From Lytechinus pictus (lineage: Eukaryota): a stretch of DNA of 64,000 bases. Of the stretch, positions 40,001-52,000 are shown one piece after another. The notes below the pieces were generated by a model, which saw nothing but the letters and a program-made list of their open reading frames with translations, was not told the origin of the DNA and made no database searches. Every line of letters begins with the position of its first letter. The stretch's first letter is position 1. The DNA lies in the NCBI RefSeq assembly GCF_037042905.1, contig NC_087247.1:41664001-41728000 (forward strand). Reading direction: 5' to 3'. The position numbers and the translations under genes were made by a program.

Positions 40001-43000
40001 GCGGGCGCTATACCACTGAGCCACCATATACCAGGTGGCATTGTTTAATGAAAAATAATGGCAAAGTGATGATATCATCAAATCTAAGCCATCATCACTA
40101 GCTTCATGATATGCTGCCTATTTAATATTAATTTTATTTTGTGCCCAGTGTAATAAGTTGAGCAATTTTAACAATTTTCCTTGCATTCAAAAGCATGTCA
40201 TTTTGGCACGAGATTGACATCATGTATATTGAGAAGTTTTCAATGTTAAATTTTCGTCGACCGAGACAAAAGGTTTACTGTAAACAAAGAGAAACATTTA
40301 ACGGTACTGACAAATTTGTTGTAACCGTGCCAAACTTCAATTAAAAAGAATATTGTCATTACTTTCAACAGTGACTTTCCTCGATGAATTCGTGAATCTA
40401 TTAGACCTATTCATCCATTATATACAAGTAAAGGGTAATTGTAATCATGTATTGTTGTTTTTATGTCATGTCGAAAGGGATGATGAAATTTCCATCAGAA
40501 AGAATGTGTCCTCTGTATGAAAAGCATTTATAGAACTTGCTGTGAAACTTAAAATAAGATAATTTACATATAATGTGGTACGAACTTTCACATAATGTGC
40601 GGAATATTGCTAATTTTAGAATCCCGACAGAATCTTTCTCTATGAATAGGCCAAGAGGACCGAGCAAAATTAAGAGCATTTTTTTAATGAGAAGGATCAC
40701 TTGAAACAATATGGTTGTAATAAATGTCAAATGATCTCATGATAGATGACCTCGGCCGATAACACACAAACCCGCCTTAAGACGCCACTAAATTGTTCTT
40801 CCGTTACAAATGACTTTTTTCGCAAGTGTCCTAATTGATTGCGATCTGAAGTTGATTGTGATAATTCGCCATTAAAAAACCTGTCCAATATTTAATCGAG
40901 ACGACAAAATTGCACTGTTTGAGAACATTGAAGTAAAATTCAAATGTTCTGGTATTTTAAGAATGAAGCTGATATTTCATTAAACTATATCTTTCAAGTG
41001 AGACTTCCATTTCAGAGCATCTTTTTCTGCATCATTTAGCGATTCATTTATACTAACTATTCATCTACTAATAAGAGAGATAATGCACACATGTATTTGA
41101 TTAAATTTTGTGTTCTCAGTTAAATGATTCACTGTATATAATATAAATTTTAATTCACTGATTTTCAATATTAAAGTTCAACGTTTGTTGATAATAATGT
41201 TTTTTTTTTTTTTTTTTGGGGGGGGGTGGGGGCGTTTTTTCCTATTTCCCTGTTTGTACATACGTATATGCATGTAAAATTGTGAAATATTCTAATTTCT
41301 CTCCTGCGGATTATATAGTATTAGTTCAAGTGAAAACACTATTGAGATATAAACTAACTTCTACAATTGGTTTTATTTATATTGTTCTCGAATGTTAGAG
41401 CATCGTATACGTATCATGTGAAGTGACGGTCTCATTTAGACTGAAGGCTTACCTGAATGAGAATAGCAGATTGCTTGATGGCCAATGCTGTGATAATGTA
41501 GATCGACCATGCAGTGACAGATGTGATAACAGCTTCGATCTCTGCTTCGGGCCCCCGGGAAAGTAAGTGTTGCATTCTGGGTAACTACTATGTATGAAAA
41601 TTAGGATACAAAAATCAGCGATTATAAAGAATTTAATACTATTGTAACATTACTATTATAACTCATACGAGATAACATATACCTCTTTCATAATAATGAT
41701 AAATAAATAAATACATACATAAATTATAACAATAACACAAGGCATAAGCGATTTTGTGTCTCGCCCACTTATGAAAATAACCAAAAATATTGTCATTTGC
41801 TAGGGCACGCAACAGAATTGTATCAAAACTTCATTGTGAAATGACTGGGATAGAATAACACTTGTCATAAGAGTCTTGCCCATAAACTTTAATGTTGACC
41901 TCAAAATGAACTTTGACCATACCATGTGACCTCCGAACACAATAACATGCAGGTCTCCTAAGTACACCTACAACCCAAGTTTGGTCGAAAAGTGACTTAC
42001 GGTTGCGGAGTTAGGTGTCATAAGAGAGTCTTGCATGTAAACTTTAACGTTGACCTGAAAATGACCTTTGACCTTACCATGTGACCTCCGACTGTAGCAT
42101 AACATGCAGGTCCCCCAAGTCTATCTACCATCCAAGTTTGGTTGAAAAGTGACTTATGGTTGTGGAGTTAGGTGTCATAAGAGAGTCTTGCATGTAAACT
42201 TTAATGTTGACCTGAAAATGACCTTTGACCTTACCATGACATGCAGGTCCCCCAAGTCCATCTACCATCCAAGTTTGGTTGAAAAGTGACTTACGGTTGC
42301 GGAGTTAGGTGTCATAAGAGAGTCTTGCATGTAAACTTTAACGTCGACCTGAAAATGACCTTTGACCTTACCATGTGACCTCCGACTGTAGCATAACATG
42401 CAGGTCCCCCAAGTCCATCTATCATCCAAGTTTGGTTGAAAAGTGACTTATGGTTGTGGAGTTAGGTGTCATAAGAGAGTCTTGCATGTAAACTTTAACG
42501 TTGACCTGAAAATGACCTTTGACCTTACCATGTGACCTCAGACTGCATCCCATCATAACATGCAGGTCCCCCTAGTCCATCTACCATCCAAGTTTGGTTG
42601 AAAAGTGACCTACGGTTGTGGAGTTATGTGTCATAAGGTTTGTGACGGACGGACGACAGACGACATTTGGATCCCTAAGTCTCGCCTTCATCTCCGGTGG
42701 GCCAGACAAAAAATGATAATAAATAAATAAATGAATGAATATATAAACAAATAAATAAAGATAAGAATAATACTGATAATGGTTTTGAAAACACGAATTA
42801 AGATAAGATTTAAAAATAAAACTAAACAGTACTACTCATAAAATGACACTCGATTGAGCTAAAGAGTAATCAATATAATTATCATAATGAAGGGATGAAG
42901 GAAATGCTTTTTTTTTGTGGAAATACACTATCATAAGTTCATATTCAAACATAAATAGTATATGAATGATCGAATGCATGTGCTCCGTAAGATGCATTCC

Positions 43001-46000
43001 CAAACACTTCAATGTTATCTCAATTTAAATCTAGTATATGAATAGTGTATAATATGAGACAGGCTATGACAGGGGGTCCAAATATATGTTCATTATAGAT
43101 TAAAGATAAGATGTCTGGTTTCTGCAAAAACTTTACGGCCCCTAATATAAGGCAGTTTCCACGGCTTCCTGGTTAGTTACCAGACTATTAAACTGTCATT
43201 CCTAAAATAGCACCCTTCATCTCCTTGCTTTCAAACTAGCTGTAGATAGATGGAATGGACAACACCCAGTTGTTCATTTACATTCAGGTTATGATATATA
43301 CATGTGTATTATATTAGAAGCTTTCTAGTAATCATGAGCAAAAACATATTCATATGTATATTAGAAATTGGGTCGGAAAATGCTTGCTTCTGTAGCGGAA
43401 ATTTAGGTCCGAATATATTGAATTTCGAATAAAATATTTGGAATTTGAACAATTTAATATATACAAACCGTTTTACATAACATGTTATGTTAAAATTAAA
43501 AATTAACAATTGAAAGAAAAAACGTTTTTAAGAATGTTAGTTGTAAACAAATAAAAAATATACTGCAAACGTAAGGTGGAACGTCTTCAAAGCTATGATA
43601 TATTTTAATTTTCCTGTAATCTCCTTAACATGACCAAATAATTTTTTTTTTCAAATAATAAGGTCTGTATATTCTATAAAATTTATAATAGTGCTTATAG
43701 ATACTAACGACAAAATATAATGTCTATTTTCAGTGACATCGACATGGCGAATTGTCCTTACGGACGCTTACGAACAGGGGCTGTCTTTGACAACCAGGAC
43801 GACTTCCCATTTCCTGAAATCCTCTCTGGAAACATTCCCAATCCGATGTTGATTAAGGTCCGGGAATGGGAGGTAAGCCAATAATGTGATGATAGGTGAT
43901 TCTATTATGACTGTAATCTTAACATTTCAGTAAGAATTTAGTATTTACAAATTTAACTAGGCTGTCTGCCTAGAAACGGCGTATTATATAATGTGGGCAT
44001 GCCTCCGACGAAGATTCTGCTAGGATCGAAAGCTTATGCCCCTTATGACTTTCTAATTTACTCCATTGGCTCTCTTTTATTAGATAAGCATTTTTCAGCA
44101 GCTTCTTTTTGCCACAAATTTAACTTAGTAGAATAGACTTAGATCCAAAGGCAGCGGTGAATGGGGTTGGTGTATCCCACAGATTTAGTGTGGTATCCAA
44201 GATGATGAAGAAGTCTTAGAGATAATTTTGGATAACACTAATCGAATAAAGATAATGAAACATGTTTTGCTATAATTTGTGAACCAAATCGAAACAATTG
44301 AAAATCATCACCAGTATTATTTACCTCTGAGCTGATGGAGGGAGGTACACATGCCCACCTATTACATGGATTTCAATAATTTTGTTGCTGTCTGCCTAGA
44401 AACGGCGTATTATAAAATTTGGGCATCCAAGTGACAAATCAAATGTAGATGTATATTATTTGAACAAAATTAGTAACTTTCAGGATCTAGATTCATGTTT
44501 CAGATAATGTTTAGTTAGTGCTTAAAAAATCCAAAGAGCTAACTGGTAAGGTAGCTTAATCAAATCCGATAGAAAATCCATGCATGGTCAGGGTTGACAA
44601 GGAGCTCAGTTAGAATTTGAAAGTCACATTGTTTATATTAATACAAAAAAAGACGTCACGACATGGACAACAAGCAGCCTGTAAACTCTTCGACACTCTC
44701 TTCAGGTGTCACTTCAAAAGCAATCGGCATACAATCTGACATATACCTTTCAACGCATTACGCATAATGCCGATTTTATCTTCCATGTGTGAAGAACCTT
44801 AATTGGCAAGCATTCAAATTTGTCAGGTAGTGAAATATATGACGATAAGTATATACCACGGTTCTATTCCATTCGTTTGAAATATCTCTCAAAATTACAT
44901 AAGTTTGAAAAATAAAACATCCTTTTTGATCCTCTTAATGATTTCACTGGAATAACGGTTGTCATACCATAACTTACCATGAAGTATGACCTTATTTAAA
45001 TTAGATGAGACGACACTGTTAGGATTCACGTTTTCTCAACGGCTTGTGAACTGATTTCGAAATTGATGGTGATTTTTCGTTGATTTGAAGAAGAAAAAAA
45101 ACGTTTGTTTTATTTCATTCAAACTTATGTCATGGCATTCATATAGATATAAAGATTTTTATCTCTGTTGTCATCTGGCTTATCTCGTCTCACATGATCC
45201 TCATGGGGAGGGGTGATCTGTTTAGCTTGTAACTAGGGTAAACTGCTATTAATGATTGAAAGGATATAAAGTTTTATATCATGAAAAGGACATTAATATA
45301 TCACATAACGATGATTGATCCTATAAATGATATTCAACGATAAATATTGTACTATCAGATAAACATCATATTTCGAAATCTTTAGGGTATTGTGAGATTC
45401 TGGGGGAAAAAAAGGACAGTGTTAGGAAGTTTTTCCTCGACCAGACTCCTAGGCATTTTCCTTAACGACGGAACATAATCATTGAGACAAGGCGGATGGA
45501 TTGGGGTACTTCATCACAAAGTCAAACGGATAGACATCACGTACCGCTTGTTTTTTTAAAACCGATATGATAGTGGCCATGAGATAACCATCTTTGTAAT
45601 TCTTCAATACATTGGCTTTCTTCTTTTTCCTTTACAGAGAGGTATCAGGGTAAAGGTCGGTGTTTGGGATATCGATCTAGGGCATGAGCCAAACAGTGTC
45701 GATTTCTACACGAGGAATTTCGCCATCCGACCCGACATCAACTTGATCGAAGCGCCAATCTTTAGATACACGCTTACTGGTGATGGATACACAGAGTAAG
45801 AAATTATCCTAATTCCTATAAGGCTTCTATGTATAAAGCTGATTGCTCGGACTTGAATAAAACATATAAATAGACATAAAATCATACCTTTCGATGTTGA
45901 TTCTTCATATGACGCTGAAAGAGAAATGTGCAACTGAGAAGATTCAGCTGGTCTCGTTTTAAAGCAAGCTTAGAATAAGTGCATGGTATGCATGGCACAA

Positions 46001-49000
46001 GCAAGAATTATTTTTGGTTGTCGTATGTAAATGAAGTAATAATAACAACCAAAACGAGTCTAAAACTTACTTACCTATTTTACCCATATCATATAAGAAG
46101 ACTAAAATCATGCAATTAAGACAGTTAATTTAGTGATAGGTCCGCAGGAAATAAAAACTTCAGATCACCAATTGTGTTGAAAACTTCGTCACAAAGTCTA
46201 CTGCCTAATAATGTTCTCATCATTAACATATGAATATGTATCTTCTCTTCAATATTTATGTCTTTACCTTTTCTCACGAATATCTTCAATTTTTCCAGAA
46301 CGAAAGTGGAGATTAGAGTATATTGTTCTGAGCATTTCTATGGTGGCAGTTGCGATGTATATTGCAATCCTGGAGAAACGGGTCATTACAGTTGTAATAT
46401 CCTTTCTGGCGTGAAGGAGTGCTTCCCTGGTTGGGTTGGACCAGAATGCGATGTGGTGAGTCTTCATAATCATGATAATGAGGGTTCTATCAATAGAATA
46501 CTATCCTTGGAAAAATATTAACTCTACAAATTATCATTTGTAACCGTGTATGATCTGTAATGGCAAGAGAGTCAATGCTAGAGTATAGAAGAGTCTACGA
46601 TATCATTGATCGGATTCGGTTTTAGCTATACTTGCCGCCATCTACCCAGAAGATATTTGGATAACCAATAAAATACGAAAGCCTTGTATTATGGGAAAGC
46701 GATTTGCTATCCCTTGCTGGAAAGGTCCCGATACCAGGGTGTGGAGAAAGTTCATTCATTGTGAGCGGGCTAGCAAGCATTAGAAGGAGAAATATATTTT
46801 GCTAATAATATTTAAAAGACTAATGATCTAAATTCTCGATGTATTTGGTCGGTGTAATGATGAGTGCATAAACATATTTTCCGACTCCGACAACAATCAA
46901 AGGCATTTTCGATCGTTTATAATCATTAATCGACTGAGCATAACAATGGTATTATAGAATTGAAGACCACAAATTGCGCGATGGCGCATACACTGTTAGA
47001 AAATTTATCCTTAAAATAAAAGAAGTTCCTGCAGCAGAGTCTCGAGAACACCTGTAATCTTACCAGATTGCGTAATCTTACAGGAAATTGGTATTTGGTG
47101 TGTGGAACCTTACAAATTTCCTTAAATAAAACACAATTTTCCCCCTTTAAAACAGACCTGTTCTGTTAAATTGCAGAAAAATTCCTGTTTTATGAATTTA
47201 CAGAACGATTCTGTTATTGCTTTCTACAAAATCAGGTTTTTTTAACAGTGTACGTAGGAGCGATTATCTGGTAGCCTGAAGGAGTTGCGAGTTTAGTTTG
47301 GTCAAATGACAGGGTTATTAACCTAAAACAACATGACTTAAATTTCCCGTCTTCTGACGATAAACTGTCTAGTCCTGCTTTGTGTCTTCAATTTTGGTGA
47401 AAAAGTGAATTACTTTCAATGTATGCTATTGATAAAAATTCTTTGTTGTTCCTTTATTTTCGATTTTCTGGACAGAATGTAAATGAATGTGCATCTCGAC
47501 CGTGTATGAACGGTGGTACTTGTGTCGACTTGGAAAACGGATATGAATGTACATGTGTGGACGGAGCAATAGGTAAGGGTTCTACGATTCTAGAAAATAA
47601 GTTTATATCGTCCATCCATCTCTTTTCTTATTCTTTATATTGAGCGTAAGTAGTCAATAGAGGATAAATTTTGAAGGGGGATTTGCCCTCCAAGAAAGTC
47701 AATCACACAGCAAGTGTCATATAATAGGGATTCTTAAATGACCAAAAGGTTGCATTCTTGGAACCGGGGACCATTCGAGTAATTTAAGACATTTACCGGA
47801 TGCCATCCATGGCACTTTGACCTAAAGCTCAGCCGAGGTTAATTCATGTCAGTATTGTCAGCCGAAAGAAAACGTCTCATCCGACATGTCTGGTAAAAGT
47901 AATTTAACTACCCGAAAGGTAAATGTTTTCAGTAAGTCAATGTCGATATCAATTTATGTATTTTCAGGAACCCACTGCGAGCACAATCCTGACGACTGCA
48001 GAGGAGTCGAATGTCTACACGGCGGACAGTGCATTGATGGCTATGCGTCCTTCACCTGCCGATGCCAACCTGGTTACACCGGGATCATGTGCCAGTTGAA
48101 CATTGACGAGTGTGCATCATCGCCATGCAGAAATGGTGCGCTATGTCAAGATCAAGGAAATGCCTATTCATGCTATTGTCTGGCGGGATTCTATGGTGAA
48201 AACTGTCAACACGAATTTGATGAATGTAAAATACTCAAACCCTGCAGGAATGGAGGAACATGCTATGACAGAGTAGCATCCTTTCACTGCGAATGTATGA
48301 CAGGATTCGGTGGTCCTGACTGCTCCGTTAACCTTGATGAATGTGCAAGCAGCCCGTGTGCGAATGGCGCTCAGTGTATCGATTCGGTTGCTGGTTTTAT
48401 CTGTCTTTGCAACGAAGGGTTCCGAGGACTTCTTTGCGAGGAAGACGTCAATGAATGTGCGAGCAACCCTTGCGAAAACGGAGCGAGGTGTGTTGACTTG
48501 GTAGACTCATACGAATGCCAGTGCCTTCCAGGATATCTCGGAGAGAATTGTCAGTTGGAATCAGATGAGTGTGCTAGCAGTCCTTGCTTAAACGGAGGCA
48601 GGTGCTTGAATCGAATAAACGAATTTCGATGTAGATGTCCAGCGGGTTACAGTGGAAGCAGGTGTGAGGTCAACGTCGATGAGTGTGAAAGTTTACCATG
48701 TTTTAATAACGCCACCTGCACAGACCAAGTTGATGGTTTCCAGTGCCAGTGTACACTAGGGTTCACAGGAACAACTTGCAGGATAAATACTGATGAATGT
48801 CTCAGCTCTCCTTGTCAGAATGGAGGTCAGTGTATTGATGGTGTAAATGGATATTTATGTGAATGCAGACCAGGTTACTACGGAAAGAACTGTAGAAGAG
48901 ACATCAATGAATGCGCGAGTGATCCTTGTAAGAACGGAGCGATTTGCCGTAATTTAGTTGACGGCTACGAGTGTGAGTGCATGGTTGGGTATGAAGGGAA

Positions 49001-52000
49001 ACACTGCACAACCAACATCAACGAATGCGCCAGCAATCCCTGTCTTAACAGAGGTTCATGTATAGATCAGATCAACGGATATTTCTGTAGATGTAGGCCA
49101 GGGTGGGGTGGGCGGCATTGCGAGATCAATGCCAATGAATGTTCAACGGAACCATGCATGAATGGAGGACGGTGCATCGACGCTGTCAATGGATTTTTCT
49201 GCCGTTGTCGACCAGGATTCCGTGGTCGCCGTTGTGAGATCGACAACAACGAATGCGCAAGCAACCCATGTTTGAATGGAATGTGTTTAGATGGGATTAA
49301 TCGATTTATTTGTCACTGCATACAGGGCTTCACTGGAAAGAATTGTGAAATTAATATCAATGAATGTGCATCTCGCCCATGCAAAAATAATGGAGTCTGT
49401 CGAGATGGTGTGAGTGGTTACACTTGCGTTTGCCCAGCAGGCTACGGAGGCAAGGACTGCCACATTAACATCAACGAATGCTCTACTGGTCAGTGTCAGA
49501 ATGGAGCTACGTGCGAGGATGGAATCCATGGATTTACCTGTCACTGTGCACCTGGATTTGAAGGTATTCTCTGTGAAACGAACATTGATGAATGCGCAAG
49601 CAGACCTTGCATCAATAATGCAAGATGCATTGATGGGGTCGACAGTTACAGATGCGAATGTTTGATCGGGTATGAAGGATACAACTGTGAGGTCAACATC
49701 AATGAATGTGCTTCAAATCCTTGTCGTGGATTGTCCACCTGTGTCGATATGATAAATGCGTTCCGGTGTGACTGTATTGACGGATACTTCGGCAGCTACT
49801 GTGAGACTGAAGTCAATGAATGTCTAAGTAACCCTTGCTTGAACGATGGACAATGTGTCAATCGTTTAAATGGTTACAGATGTAGTTGTCAACCAGGATA
49901 TGAAGGCCCTCATTGCGAATTTAATATCAATGAATGTAGCCGTCAAACCTGTCAAAACAACGGCAGATGCATAGATGGCGTTGGCAAGTTCTTTTGCTAC
50001 TGTCGTTCTGGATTCCGCGGGAAACACTGTGAGGAAAATATCAATGAATGTGTGAACCACAAGTGTAAAAATGGCGCAGGTTGCAGAGATGCGTTGAATG
50101 GTTATTCTTGCATGTGTACCGAAGGTTATACGGGGATTTTCTGCGAAGAAGACATCAACGAGTGCAATTTAATGATCGAGCCTTGTCCACCTGAAACTTC
50201 ATATTGTAAAAATCTTATCGGGACCTATGAATGCTCGAACATAGCTCCAACCACAATTCCACCACCAACAACTACCGAAGACCCATGTGGGTCAATGCCG
50301 TGTGAGAATGGGGCCACCTGCATAGTCACGTCAGAAGGAAAAAGGTACACCCCCATCTCTTTATGGGTAGATATTAAACATAAACATTTATAATAGAAAA
50401 AACAATTATTTTAATTGGTACACTAAATTTTAAACCGTTTTGGGGGACAGATTTGTAAGCCCAAAGGAATTAAAACGTGATTCAGGCATTTACAATTGTA
50501 TGTAATTACAATTGTTAGAGAGATGAAATACACGACAAAGACAGAAACATATCTGACGGAAAAATAAAATTGTTTTTTTTTTCTTTTGATATATTACCCT
50601 GATATAATGTGTTCTACCATTCCATCACCCCTCACTTCCTTTACATGAAACGTAGTCTTTATGAGCAATATGTTTCCCTCTCTTTTTATTTCTGAAATAG
50701 ATGTATTTGTCCCGGTGATTTCGTGGGAGAAAATTGTGAAATTTCGTTTGGTAAGTACATAATATTTATGTCAGCCAAAATTTGCAGTCACTGTGATATA
50801 TCCATCAAGAGATGTCAAAATGGCATCTTTAGCATGACCTTTTCTCAAAGAGGTAAATTTCAATCGATACGTTAACATTCCTGCTAAACTGGTTGCCTCC
50901 GATTCGACCCCATGATATTTTACTCATTCAAAATTCGTGCAAAAATATAACAAACTGACAAAAACACTTGTATCGCCCATTGGACACGCATGATAATGTT
51001 TTGCAGGGCAATGTCTAGCAGGTGTGTTATAAAAAGAGCAAAATTTTAAGGTTCATTTCACTTGTCTTTATATTGCACATTACGACTTGCAGCTAACACA
51101 ATTACTGAGGTGACACTTGAAAATCACATCGACCCATCACTACCTGGTCTGGAGAAACGATTGGCAGAACTGATCCACACTGCTACAGGGAAAGAACCTC
51201 ATATCATGGTGGAAATCGATATCGTCAATGCCATCAACGGGTCATCATCAATCACAGGGTATGAAATAAACTATTTCTCGTAGTCAAAATATCGATAAAC
51301 CCATGATTCGAAGCATCAAAATATAACATCCTTACCAAACTGTCGGCCGCACAGAACGTCAAAGTCAAAACATTTATTTCAATGTGTAAGTAATGCATTA
51401 TTGTAACATTAGGCATCGCTGCCACATTACAGGTTGCAACAGGGCCTCAGCGCATTGCTATGCGTCAGTACAGATTGTTAAGAGACTAAACAAATGATGA
51501 CGGTACAGCTAAATTTACAGGGTTCTCGCTAAAGAAGCAATTGATGAAAATACTAGTGAGTGTTACCTCATTGGCATACGCGCACAAAGTTTTGTGGTTG
51601 CGGATCTGTGACCCGGAGTTACAACTATTGTAACTTTACCATTTTTTTGCAACTACCATTTAACATTGATTTTGATTGGCTGTTGACTCGTGTTACCATG
51701 GTAACTGTCATAATGAAAACGTTACAATAATTGAAACTCGTTGTAAAATTGGGCTCTGGACTTCACCGAGTTTACCCCCAATAGACAAATAATTCGTTCT
51801 CTCTCGCTTGTATAGGGAGTGATATAGACACGGAATGTCTGTCTAAACAGAAGCTCAATAGTCTAGTAACATAATGTATTCAATACTTAATTAGGATGAT
51901 ATGGCATTTATCTGTTATTTTTCTAGAGTGGGGCAAGAATAAATTTAGATTTAAAATGGGTGAGGCTGATAATCTGCATGCAATGCACTAAGGAGAGCAC

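Noticed and set aside
39960-40026. tRNA-Met-like gene on the minus strand
   Set aside because: No proper acceptor stem; followed by a SINE body and an (ATT)n tail.
41864-42640. CRISPR-like array
   Set aside because: Head-to-tail repeats without unique spacers, in a eukaryotic context.
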